Shown piece by piece: positions 23,313 to 35,250 of a stretch of 64,000 nt of DNA. Position 1 is the stretch's first letter, and the number at the start of each line of letters is the position of its first letter. The notes under the pieces are model-generated. The model searched no databases. It saw only the letters and a list, made by a program, of their open reading frames with translations, and was not told the DNA's origin. The position numbers and the translations under genes are program-made. The DNA lies in the NCBI GenBank assembly GCA_002633005.1, contig NMRA01000192.1:141279-205278 (forward strand). The letters run 5' to 3'. Source of the DNA: Phoronis australis. Its lineage: Eukaryota > Animalia > Phoronida.

Positions 23313-25536
23313 TTACGCCCGTTGTTGTTTCAGCTGTAGTTGGTGCTTTTTTCGGCTACAGTCAGTTAACGATAGGGTGTACAAATACGGATTAAACGCT
23401 GCGTTAATGGGCAGGATGAATGCAGCCATCCAGGCAATAAAATCAGGAGAAACAACGGTTCCTGTAAAAGACAGGAAGCCAGCAATGACAATAGGCATCC
23501 AACAGCAGAAATCGGTGGCAACAACGAGGCTAAGTCGCTTTGCCAAAGCCACTTCTTTGTGACTTAACTTTTGTCCACTGGCCTTTCTGCTATTTCTCGT
23601 TGTCATGAATATTAACACATAACTGACGGCAATGAAGAAAAAAGCGATGAAGTTGTAAATTAAGAAAACGGCAAGTTTAAAATGCTTAAAGCCATGTGAC
23701 GTTATTGTGAAAGGCAGACAGACTGAGGTTGCCCCATAAAATTCGTTCTGCTCTCCAAAGTAATTGAGTTTCGTAAGAGGAAGAATGGACATAAGAGCCC
23801 AGAAAAGACCAATGGTCACCATAATAATACGTGCTTGGTGCAAAGTGATTTTCTGCACTTTGAAGACGAACACCAAGCTTATCAAGCGGTCAATTGTGAT
23901 CACAAGCATTACTGAGACGGACATCTCACTCGAGAAAAATGCAAAGAAACCAGCCACTTTACACAAGGAACTGTTCCGCCAGACGGGGTCATAGAGGAAA
24001 TAATCCCCTTTAGAAAGGTAATAACTGTCTGCCCCAGCAACTATGATCAAGTAAACTCCTGTGAAGAAGTCAGAAATTGCTAGGCTGACTATTAATAGCG
24101 ATTTTACATCTTTTAGAGTTGATTTCATTCGTCACACAATGACACCAACGTTGCCTACAACAGACAGGACGCCTAAAACCCACAAGGCTACACGTAGAGG
24201 ATAGCTAGACATAAGGTTAGAGCAAGAAGAAAATGTATCCCTCTTCGGCGTGCAATTGACGTTTTCTGATACAATACAGCAAAATCTAAAACTATCCGTT
24301 TGTAACTGGCTGATGTTGACAGCTTCAAACGCTTCAGAGTTGACTATAAGGAATGGGTCATTGTCCCTCAGGTCAATTGATACAGAACGATGTAACCCTT
24401 TAAAAGCTTCAGAGGAAATCTCATCGAGGTTGTTCGAGCCAAGATGAAGAGTTGCAAGTCTCAACCCGGTGAATAATGGATCGGTCAATTTCTTCAAGTA
24501 ATTACCGCGAAGATTAAGATGGACTAAATTAATCAAATCCTTAAACAATAAAACCGGTATATAACTCAAGCCATTAAACGACAAGTCTAATCGGTACAAC
24601 ATCAAATGATTTGCAAATGTGTTGTTTTCTAAAAGAATAGCATTTCTGTAGAAAAATATTGCCCTCATGGTGGTTGAGCCTTTAGGTAGGAACTTCATAT
24701 TACCGTCTGCGCAATCTAAAACGTAACCAAGACAACGACAGCCGCCTGGACATGTAATCTCAAGGTCGCATAGTTTCTCGTCTTCTCCACTGACACAGTC
24801 AGAGATACCATTACACACTTTCTCTTGTTCTATACATTTAACTTCCCCCATACATCTGAACGCCCCAGGACACGTGTAATTGCGACAGCCAACTTCATCG
24901 TATCCACCGACACAATCCCAGACCCTGTCGCAAACGCTGTGGCGAGGAATACAGTAACTTTCGGGACATTTAAACAAACCTGGACATTGAAAATCCTTAC
25001 AGTTTACCAAATGGCTGTTATCCCAGCAACCGTCACTGGGGGCAGTTTTGTCATAGACGCATGCGTATGCTCGATTAAAGCACGCTGGGTGATCGTCTCT
25101 GCATCTCGATTTGCTCGGTGAGTTACAGTACGGAGACAATACAATTCCAAAAACCCCATCGTCATTAAGCGCATACATTTGTTTCTTATAATGTTTTTTT
25201 TCAACAAGCTCATCTTCTTGCAGTCTACGACTGCAGTCTACACGTAAATCACGCACCTTATTGGAAGAGATACATGCACCATTGGAACACGGAAAGCCAC
25301 CATAAGCCGTGCAGTTCTTGCTCCATTGACATACAGCTTCACTTTCATCTGACCCGTCTGTACAGTGTTTTATAAAATCACATGTCATGTTTTTTTGCAC
25401 GCATTGACCTGAAGAACACTGGAATTCGTCTGATAAACAAGGTGGAAATCGGCAATCTTGCTCGTCTGACCTGTCCCCACAATCGTCTTGGAAGTCACAG
25501 AGAAACGAAAGACTTACACATTTCCCGCTTTTACAT
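23313..25536 (-). CDS. Copy B exon 2: LDLa repeats, LRRNT, LRRs, LGR type C hinge, TM1, in-frame TGA (24132-24134), TM2-TM7 of a GRL101-like GPCR
   Basis: Acceptor TCTATTCATTTCAG|A, then CKSGKCVSLSFLCDFQDDCGDRSDEQDC in frame with ORF 24132-25400. Motifs CPGGCRCLGYVLDC, LDLSFNGL, LNLRGNYL, TDSFRFCC..CTPKRDTFSSCSNLM, LRVALWVLGVLSVVGNVGVIV*R. The same frame continues through SLAISDF, TIDR, TDFCCWMP and LPINAAFNPYLY to TAA at 23313. Confidence 0.88.
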
Positions 25537-25989
25537 CTGAAATGAATAGAGTATCCAAATTACTAGATTAGTGACACACTACAAGACATCTAATCCTAAA
25601 GTTTAATCTGAATTATCTATATCTCTGCATCATTGTCTGCTGTGGAAACGTAATTCAGCTTGTTTAAAAACGTGTCACGATGTTGCGACAAGGAAATGGA
25701 AATAGATTTGAATTTGTCGTCATGTCCTGTTGAATGTTTTTCAAAAAGGAATAATAAATACATATTCTTAAAATTAGTCGATGTTCAGAAATTAAGTATA
25801 GTTTTGTTGAACCTTACTTGGATACTTTTCCCGACGTTGCACAACCGGCTGGCCTGGATCAGGCAGTACTTCAGTTAAAGTAACCACTTGGTTCCACAAA
25901 GTAGGGAAATGTTCAAAATGTTTTTTCAGATTCGCATCAAACAATACATCTGCATAAATTACAATGTTCTTCATAGGAAATAGACTTAC
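25537..25989 (-). other. Single phase-2 GT-AG intron (453 bp) of copy B
   Basis: Donor TTCAC|GTAAGT and acceptor ATTTCAG|ATGT. Splicing rebuilds an LDLa repeat (CNQNTFT-CKSGKC...) in frame. The equivalent acceptor is preserved in copy A. Confidence 0.9.
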
Positions 25990-28900
25990 GTGAAAGTGTT
26001 TTGGTTACACCGACTGCAATTGGCCTCGTCTTCAGAGTTCTGGCACTGAACAGTTCCGTCACAAACTGCAATCTGAGAAATACAGGTCCCATCTTCACAC
26101 ATCCACTGCGACGGTTTACAACGTTTAACGGTTTCCACGGAGATAGGCGTTTTACTACAGAGAACGTTTAGAGGGAGTGGTGTTTTTGTGTTGCAATCAA
26201 CTTTAAGAAAGTCCCAATCAAATACCACATCTTCGAACCAATTTGGATCTGTCTTCGGAGCTAGCAGTAGTCGGCACGTTGATTTCATTCCAGATGACGC
26301 GATCCATGTTGCTCTAAATTCTGGACTGAATCTCATTATAGACATTATATGTTTTGCCACATGGATGTCGGGATCTGACAAGTTTCCGCCGTAATTTTCA
26401 CAAGTTTCTGCTGCCTTGGCAAACGAAAGTGGGTGTCTAACATTATCCATGCTAGTGATCAAACGGTAACACGTTCCATCCCGGTACATCCATCCAAACG
26501 GACAGTGCTTGGGAAGCAAAATGAAGCCACTTTTTGTGGTGTTTATTTTACGTTTCTTTGTATCCTTCAGTTGTTTCGTATATTCGCAAACTGTAAACGA
26601 ACGAGGTAATTTATAGTTGCAAGGCACCGAGAACCACTGCCCTGCCAGATGAGGATTCTGCACCACCATAAGTGTACAAGGAAATTCTGGATCGTTCATG
26701 GGCTGATATTTTTGATCAAAAATAATTCTCCACATGTCGTTCGAATATTTCTGCGACACTTTGGTCGTTCCATGTAAATCTGTGTCTTTGTCACCAGGCT
26801 GAAACCAATTTGTGAAAGTTGCTGGATTACCATCCACCCACCGAAAAGTTCCATTCGTGAATTCATTTAGACCTAAATATATTGCTAAAAAGGGTATGTC
26901 GTTAAGAAAATTGTACATAACGCGCTTCCATTTTGTTTTAAGCATATCCCAGATAAATTTGTGTTCGGCTTTTGTGTTCAGTGTCAGTAAATGTCCTCCA
27001 CTTGATTCACACTTTCTCTGAGCATCAAACCAGCTGGCAGACGATTGAGGTGCTACCGTGTAATATTTCCCGCCAAAATGACCGTCTGCTAAGTATCCCT
27101 TTGAACACCAAGGAGAGTTGAGCATGGTGAGTTCCGTGTCGACATTTCGAATTGCTCTATATTTGATTATCAGTGTTTTTTTACTGGCAAACCCATATTT
27201 ATAAAAATATTTTATAGTCAAGGAGTCAGCACTCAGGGTACGAATTGGAAAAGGGTCAGGTGCAAAAGCACTTTTGTTGCAGAATTCTTTGTAAACATCA
27301 TATGTTGGCGACAGAATATTGTTCATCCACGGAAGTTTGCAATTACATGGATATCTGTCTTTCAGGTTATTCAAATAAGGTATAAAAGGACAGCCGCACA
27401 CTCTCATATTATCCTGTATTTGAATGTGTTTTAGCACATCTATGTCACAGTAGGAATATATAACCAGTTCATAATGGGATGGATACCGCGATGAACACAC
27501 TCCAGATCTGTCGTAATTGTCAAACTCGACCTTAAGCTTAAATGATAACGTCACTGAGGTATCGTATGGAACGTGCAGTGTTCCGCACTCCGACTGAAAT
27601 ACTGCCGGTTTGATTTCACTTCTTGTGTTTGAAATAAACCTGAAACGTTGATAATGTAGACATTCTCTCTCATATAAGGTTTGGTTACTTTCATAAATGT
27701 CAAATATGAACAAGATGTTGAACGTCAATTTCTGGCACATTGAAAACGTCTGTAGTAGTTGGAAATTCGTCTCTGGTGACGCTGTCCACAGTTTATTGAT
27801 TTCGCTTCTGAAAGAATTACTCGAAATGCTAGGTCTATTAGCAAATAACGTAACATAATTGAAACACTTTTTAGAATCTTTTAGGCTTACCACAGTAGTA
27901 TTTCTTAATATTATATTCATATATTTACTTGGTTTGATTTTGATCGTTTGATTATTGTGTGACCATGGTTGAATAGCAACGCATGATTTCGCAGGAACAG
28001 GTAAAGAAATGCTTGCACTTCTGGGGTGAAAACCTTTGCATTCAAATTCTTCCATCTCCAATCTTACCAAACGTTTACAGTGTTTCGAGAAGGAAAACAT
28101 TGCAACTGAAAAATACGGAGATGACGTGACAAATTCTGAAATCAAATTTGAATCATGCTCGCTTTCGCCATTGTAGGGGTCACACATAGGTCCAATCGCG
28201 TGAGAAGACGGGCCGTTTCCATCAAAGAATACGATGCCTTGATAAGCACAGTTTTCGATTGACGACATCCATTTGATCAGTAGTATCTTGACTTTGATAA
28301 AATGCGATGGCCGACTTGCTTTGTAGCGCCACATGCAGTGTGGCATTCCACAATTGCTTCTAATGGATATCTTATGTGGCACTGGAGTGATGGTGCCGTT
28401 GGAAAGAGATGGAGTCGACCACGTGGATTTTGAACAGCGTGGTGAGTAGACATTGCGTACAGCACGGTATGAAATGTTAAATCTATAACCATTGGCAGCA
28501 GAGGTATTCATGTTAACGTTTAGCAGACCGTGATGGAGTGAACTCTTAATGCTGAACGTGTTCATTCTTTGTGTGCCGTTTCCTAGTTTAACATTATACG
28601 ATCGCATTGGTGGTATGGCAGCCGGGCCTTCATAAAACTCAAAACCCCCAGAAATTGTAGTAACTGTGCTCGTCAAGGCCACCGAAATATTCAATAAATA
28701 ACCAAACGGAGCAACTATGTACCAAGTATAGTTATACTGTTGGTGCGAACCGTCTTGTTGAAGAAAAGAGTACATGGGGTTAATGATTGAAAAGAAACTT
28801 TCATTAGAGTTTGTCGCATACAAGTGCATTTCACCGACACCTCTTTTTACATTCGACGCACCGTATTTTGCACGGAACCTCCATCCACGCTTATGTATTT

Positions 28901-29591
28901 CAATGGTGACGTGGATGGAGTATACGGAGGAGAAAATTGTCCATGGCACTTTCTCTCCGCATGCCTCTTCAATGGGGTGGAAAGACAGATTTCTCAATTC
29001 CTTAACTTCCATCTTCTCTACTGAGCAGTTCGAGTCGTGCAGTAGCGTTTTAAATTCCATGATTTTTAACTGTATCACCTTGTCTTTTGCCAAAGTTAGT
29101 GTCCACGTACATCGCAATGGAAACTCCAAATTGTGCGTACTCGGAACCTGCAATACCTCAATGTATCCTTTTCGGTCATCATGGTGACAAAGCGTTGGCC
29201 TATGTCCTTGAAAATCGGGCATAATGTTAACTGCGATCAAAAACCTAGCTGGTATGTCTGGCGGTTCCCGGTGTAATACCACCGTAAAATTTGTATATGT
29301 CATCGGTAAAAGCTTTTTGGCTGAATTTGGACACCATGTTTCAGTAACGTGGCCGTACCCAATGAGCTGGATATTTACCAAACTGCAGTTCTTTTCCATC
29401 TCCGTGCTGAAATCTATCAAAGCTATTTCTGCGTGCTTTCCGCTGCCAGCCTCTAAACGCCATTCTAGACCTGACCCATGTGTCAAGTTGGCAGAGTCAG
29501 GATATCCTACCGCAATCTCCACTCGTTCCAAGACCGTGCCTTGACACCAAAAGACAAGAAAGTAAAGTGTCGCAACGCCGAGGAGCGCCAT
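25990..29591 (-). CDS. Copy B exon 1 (3602 nt): signal peptide, ~4 CUB-like domains, 2 C-type lectin domains, first LDLa repeat
   Basis: 1201-aa ORF whose ATG is preceded by an in-frame TAA. Hydrophobic leader MALLGVATLYFLVFWCQG. CUB motifs RCTWTLTLAKDKVIQLKI..CGEKVPWTIFSS and HCMWRYKA..CAYQGIVFFDG..IGPMC. CTL motifs SWFDAQRKCESSGGHLLTL..YLGL..FRWVDG..WFSVPC..VCE and CPFGWMYRDGTCY. LDLa CEDGTCISQIAVCDGTVQCQNSEDEANC. Confidence 0.92.
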
Positions 29592-29945
29592 TTATGAAAT
29601 GAACCAACCCGCAACATCAACGTTTAAATACAGAGAGCACGCCCGGCAAGCGGTGTAATTCAAATGTGAGCCACTGCTGTATTTACCGTTAAACACATTT
29701 TACGCACTGCAAGATGCACAAAGCCACCTGATCCAGTTAAAAATCGTTATACGATAGCAGTATGCGTGTTAGCTACTTGACCATCCCGGAGCCGGAGCAT
29801 GTCAACAGTACTTGGAAAGGTGCGATGGTCTACTATAAATTGTGTGGCACAGATTTTTTTCAAGAGCATCACAAGTCAAATTTCACCACTGAACTTGGTC
29901 GCGTTCTGCAACTCAATTCTCTTACGAGACACTTGCAGCAAGAAA
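29592..29945 (-). promoter_or_regulatory. 5' flank (putative 5' UTR/promoter) of copy B, homologous to 9984-10310
   Basis: Non-coding similarity between the paralogs directly upstream of both start codons. Confidence 0.5.
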
Positions 29946-30112
29946 ACTTAATGACCGAAATTTACGACTAGAACAATAGCACACTGTTGAGGAACTAGCC
30001 TACTGTCGTTATTTTCACAATCATGTGTCCCTGGTCAAATTGAAAATCGTCCGTCGTTGAGACAATGCAGTGCGACTTACTTGTACATGTGAAATGATAT
30101 TTTTCAAACATG

Positions 30113-30436
30113 CCAGGGTCTTTTCACATAAACAAGGTCCTAAGTGTATCCAAAATTTGTAAATAGAAAACCCTTTTAAGGGGTTTTCAAAATCCAGATT
30201 ATTATTGAAACTGCATTATTTCACACACCGCCTCACTTTGTGAATTCTCAACAGTTGGCGGAAGCGTAGTTTGCATGCTTACCCATGTTAAAACCAACTT
30301 AATTTCTGTCTAAATCAAAACCGAAGACCAAAAGCAGACTTTGTGCTCTTAAAATGATCGTTTCTGAATTTTTGTCTTCGGTTTTAAGTAGAGAAATTTT
30401 AGTCTTAAATCTCACATTTCATGAAACGGACCCTGG
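30113..30436. mobile_element. PIF/Harbinger-like MITE
   Basis: Imperfect TIRs CCAGGGTCTTTTCAC ... ATGAAACGGACCCTGG around an AT-rich non-coding interior. Confidence 0.45.
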
Positions 30437-30438
30437 TG

Positions 30439-31010
30439 ATGAGTAAGATTGATCTGAAACGACAGCCCTTACTTCATCCTACTGGTGTCTTACTACGTTC
30501 TCCATCCATACGGGAGTATGGTAATGCAAGATACTGAACTTTGGAATGTCATATTCTGTTGAGATATTCCAGAAGATTATCAGTGAAGACGTAACTGTCA
30601 TACCAAGGGCTAAGAATAACAGCGACGACGTCTATGCAGCTGGAAGGAACGTTGACGAGAATGACAAGCGTTTGCGACAAGTTCTTGAGCGACTCAAGAA
30701 TCGTAACCTGAAAGTCAGCCACTAGTTGTGTTGTTTTCGCACCTCAAGTATGTTTTCCTTCGATCATGTCTTCTCGATGAAACAATGTCCCCTAAGCCAA
30801 AGTAGCTTGACGGGATGCAGTTCCTAAAACCAACTGCCAATGTTATCGAATTAAGGAGATTGTTAAGCTCGGCATCGTTCTGTTCACGTTATATCCGAGA
30901 TTTTGCAATCATTGCTACGCCATTTTGAAAGCTGTCTCACAAAAAAACAACCATGGAAGTGGAGTAGTAAGATACAAGAGTCTTTTGCTGATCTCAGAAC
31001 TGCAAAAACG
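30439..31010 (+). mobile_element. Decayed Ty3/Gypsy reverse transcriptase fragment
   Basis: SKIDLK...TTFSIHTGVW*CKILNFGMSYSVEIFQKII...NNSDDVYAAGRNVDENDKRLRQVLERLKNRNLKV..CCF, then LRRLLSSASFCSRYIRDFAIIATP. Stops and frameshifts; no LTRs seen. Confidence 0.75.
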
Positions 31011-32869
31011 TCACCACGTGTCTAAGACATGGACGCAGCGTGCTACAAAGATTTGAAGCCGGGTCACTCGATCCAAACTGATGGTTTCTTGTGTCTTGAA
31101 AAGGATTGCAAAGTTACATGCATCTACGCAATTGGTCAGTGTTTTGAACAAAATGTTGTCCTTTTTTTCCTGTGGTAACGATCTGACAGCATTGGATTTG
31201 GTCACCTTTTTTGGACTTTTCGGACATTTTTTTCAAAGCAACAAATTTGAGTCTCAGCAAGACGCCCTCCTCGTTGTTTAGCAATATGAAAATGTTGCCG
31301 AAAATTCCCAATGGTACGTTACTTCCTCACGTTGACCCATATTCTGTTGTTTGTAATACTGCCCTTTTAGGCTTTAAGGTCAAGAAATTTGTCGAACAGG
31401 CTTGAACTTTTCTTTAATTATATACTGTCTCGAATTGATTAAAAACACGGCTGTAGTTTCTATTGTACAGGTTGATATACACTTCCTCATACTCTCTATA
31501 CAATTTCCGATCTTCCGGTGTGTAGTTGTAAAGCAAATTTGCTAATCGACATTACAAATAAACGAGTTAAAACAGTAGCTATATCTCGAAAGCACATGTC
31601 TCATCCTCAGGTAAAATGAGTGTCTTAGTCCTCAGTTCCATGAACAGCGTTGCATTGGACACACGGTATGCTCTCTCTTCCGACGGTTGTGCATGCTTTT
31701 GCAGGACGGAGCCATTCAAGACCAGTTTTACATCAACATAACCAGAAATAACTGGAGAAGAAATAGCCGACAATACCACTATCCGCGATGTAGAAAGTGA
31801 CACATTACGGTTAAAGATTGTGGAGTCTCTGTTAATCAGCCATGAAAAAACTACGCAGTTCCTAGACTACAAAATGTACGGTTTGTTTAAGCTGCTATAA
31901 ATCCAATCTCTGTCAAAAAACTACTTTTATTTAGACCCGCCACGTACCATTGGTCTCTGGGCTTGGGACAAATTGACATTTCGTTATTGCCTGAGGCCGG
32001 ACTAAATAAACTCGCTTGACCCGGCGGGTCATTGTGCACCGAACACAGCCTCAAACAACAAAATATCAGTTCATCCAAGTTCATCTCTTCAAATCTGACT
32101 AAGCAACAAATTAAGACGAGACAGTTATTTAACATTTTTATCAGAAGGCAGTTTCATAGCAGGTATAAGGAATTTAACCCGAAGGAAATTTGGAAGTCAA
32201 AAAAAAACCATACTGCGGAAAATTCTGAAAACTACACTTGTGTTTGGATATTCGACCCACTTTCTTTGGGGTTAAGGGTAGCGTTCAAAAGTTAGGAGTG
32301 CTGAGCCTCGCCAAACAAACACTCGACAAAAATAAAATGGCTACTACCTGGTCTGAAATACGTCAAATGCGTCCGAAAATGCGAAGGCGCCACCATCTCC
32401 TATGAGAGAACTCCGAAGATGAAGAGGAAAACGAAAAAATGACACAAGGAGGCACAGCACTGATCTGATCACTCCTAAAGTCGGCGTCATCTGGTGTCAC
32501 CTTCATAGAAATACACTCACCAAATTTCGCAAAGATCCTGCAATGGGTATAACAGATACTGCCGCGGAGATAACAACTACAATCACGGGGCGCCAAAGTC
32601 GTCAGAGCAGTCCGGAAATTAACGTCAGCAGTACTCATCTGAGTAGGATCACGTCTAGGTATTTTCGTTATTACCCTTTGGTCAGTTTTGCAGGTAAAGA
32701 AGCGAACGCCAAAAACATGAGACTCAAACTTAATAGAAATGACTTCAAGCGGCGCGAAATACGTCGTATACATCCAAAGTTGGAAGACCTCGCCGCCTCC
32801 TCTGTAGAAAGCCATTTGCAAATTTCATGGAAAGCCGCCAAGGAACTCAAAAATCCAGGCAATTGCTAC

Positions 32870-33042
32870 TAGGAGGTACAACGATAGTCGGATGCGCTGT
32901 CACGGTCATAAGAAGATTGAAAGATACAGCTTTTAAGGTCGGCTGGACGGACAGACGCCAGACAGACGGGCGGAAGAACGTCGGACGCCGGACAGAGATG
33001 ACGCCAATATGTCATCACATATCAGTATGTGGGCACATAAAA
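32870..33042 (+). mobile_element. Probable 3' end of a Helentron-type non-autonomous element
   Basis: GACG/GACA microsatellite-like run followed by a short hairpin CACATA-TCAG-TATGTG and an A-rich end. Confidence 0.35.
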
Positions 33043-33369
33043 TATTATATCGAATTCTGAGATTTTTTCCTCTGATAATTTTAGTTGGCAACTTGAAATT
33101 ACGTCAACAGAAACAAAGATATGCTTGCAACATTCCAATTGTTATTTGTCTGACTGAGACACTGGATAAGACAATCTCGTTTTGTTGTATTTTCTTTCCC
33201 GTATTATGGAGTTACAATCTCTTATAATGCTACTTTCTATTCCTGGGACGACTCAGTCGATTCCTCTTTGGCACCGGATTGGCAATGACAATGAGATACT
33301 ATAATAATATACAATTGTGCTATTCGTGTCATTTTTCTTATCAGAACGTACGCCCGTATGAATCCACTT

Positions 33370-33926
33370 ACAATAGCCGCGCCATACTGACATTCACTTA
33401 AATCCGCCAGACGGCGATCAGGTCTTTGGTGGACAGGCATTCACTAGTGCACTACACACTCCATGTAATGCGGACTTGAAATTTCAACCTACTGTATGAT
33501 TAACAGCGTTTTAACACCTTTCCTGCTATCATACTGCCGGAAAATTTCCAAGTTTGCGGTGAGATGTGCCAATGCAGTACGCAAAAAGGCAAACATTTGA
33601 AATATCAATTGTTGAGCCAGGCCGTCCTGCTCCACACATTTCCCACTGCGAAGATGTATCCGCGACAAAGGTCAGTGGCTGCTTCTGATAAAGTGGGAGA
33701 ATTTCGATCCCAGCCGTTGTCAAGAAGTTCAATTAAATTAGTGAACTTGAACTAATCAAACAATTGGAGGGGCTGACAGTAGAATTTATTCCTCTGCTAT
33801 ATATTTATGAACAATAGAGACTACGTAGTAAGTGAATTTCTGTTCACTAAATCTGAGTCGAATCAACCGGAAGTCACTTTCTTGCTCTCATTACGCTAGA
33901 GAGCGCCGATATGAAAATTCCCCTAT
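33370..33926. repeat. Dispersed DNA-transposon-like repeat; inverted copy at ~53447-53910, fragment at ~54430-54560
   Basis: CTAGAGAGCGCCGATATGAAAATTCCCTATT versus AATAGCGGATTTTCCATATTGACGCTCTCTAG; GGTCTTTGGTGG versus CCACCAAAGACC. Confidence 0.55.
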
Positions 33927-34049
33927 TCATTCAGCTTGTGTCTACAGGAAGAGTACCTTTCTGTCTGAACACTAACCTAGTGTATAAACAGTTCATTTTA
34001 AGCAATACGATGAACAGTCTAAACACGTAAAGATATATTAAAAACTACA

Positions 34050-35250
34050 AAACATGATTACAATATCGGCCTCATTCAAAAATTTAAGGATGTGTCTACT
34101 ATGAAAAACTCTAAGGAGTACTGGAGAATTGTTAACAAAATAAGAGGCCACTCAGTTAATAACATGTTTCCTCATATCTTTTCTAATGACTTTCACAAAC
34201 AAGTGGATACAACATCGGAAAAATGCACATTATTTTTAAAAAAGACCACATGAATGCGACTAATCAAGACGTTGGTCCCTCAACTATCCTACGAACTACT
34301 ACTGCAGAAGTTGAGAAAACTTCTTGAAGATATCGACGTTAATAAATCAAATGGTTCAGAACTAACAACAAATGAAATGATAAAAATGATAGCTATTATC
34401 TGTACAGTACCTCTCACAAAACTATTCAACAAAATTCTGTTGTTAGGCCATTATCCTTCCGATTGGAAGTTGGGAATAATGGTACCACTTCACAAGAAGG
34501 ACTGCAAGTCAGAAGTGTCAAATTATCGCACCACCACACTTTTAACACCTTCTCCAAAATTCTAGAAAAGATTATATTTAGAAAATTCCTTGGATATTTA
34601 AACTCACACGATGTCATATACCCACTGCAATTTGGCTTTCTATCAGGAAAAAGTGCAACTTCCCAACTTATTATCCATGTAATACATTTACAGTTTGAAA
34701 ATAACAATAATGTCAGGTCTGTTTTTCTCGACTTAGCCTCTGCCTTCGACATCATCCCACATGACCTATCCTGTACTCCGCATCTACAGAGCGCGAGTTG
34801 ATGGCGTGTATTCAATGTCGTCTCCTCCGGGTTACGCGAACGTGGGTTTGCCCCAGGGCAGTGTTCTTGGTTCATTACTTTTTCTTCTATACATCAATGA
34901 TCTTCCCGACAATGTCTCATGTAAAACCTATCCATACGCAGATGGCACATCTTTATTTCTTCCTTTCCCAATGACAATCCACAACAATCTGTGAGATTAC
35001 AGAAATCTCTCTATGAATGCTCACTGTCGTGATCTAGTTGATAAGATTCAAAACTTGTTGAATACAATCAAACTTGTATCAAGACACATAAACAAAATAC
35101 ACCTGGAAGTTTTGTTCAATGCATTTGTCCTACCCCACTTTCACTATGGATACATTATCTATCAATCCGCTGGCATTGGTGTTCTATTCCAGTTAGATCG
35201 TTTGCTGCCGTATCAGGCTGCACTTTCAATCTCAGGATCATTTAAAGTGT
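34050..35250 (+). mobile_element. Decayed CR1-group LINE reverse transcriptase fragment with internal deletions
   Basis: PLTKLFNKIL..YPSDWKLGIMVPLHKK..SNYR; SKILEKII..LQFGF..GKSATSQL; VRSVFLDLASAFD; [26 protein letters not shown], spread over shifted frames. Confidence 0.85.

Noticed and set aside
24132-24134. UGA as selenocysteine or a reassigned genetic code
   Set aside because: The position corresponds to Trp, not Cys. All other Trp codons in these ORFs are TGG, and no UGA=Trp nuclear code is known in animals. No SECIS was recognised by eye (SECISearch not run).
24110-24137. Micro-intron removing the TGA
   Set aside because: The nearest GT..AG (GTGTGA...AAAAG) is only 28 nt, would shift the frame, and has no AG counterpart in copy A. 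TM1-ICL1-TM2 spacing is already correct without splicing.
23377-29544. Plus-strand ORFs overlapping the receptor gene
   Set aside because: Short antisense shadows of the real CDS with no recognisable domains.
32363-32872. 152-aa and 109-aa overlapping ORFs as host genes
   Set aside because: No recognisable motif or splice structure, and they sit among TE debris; at most a transposon remnant.
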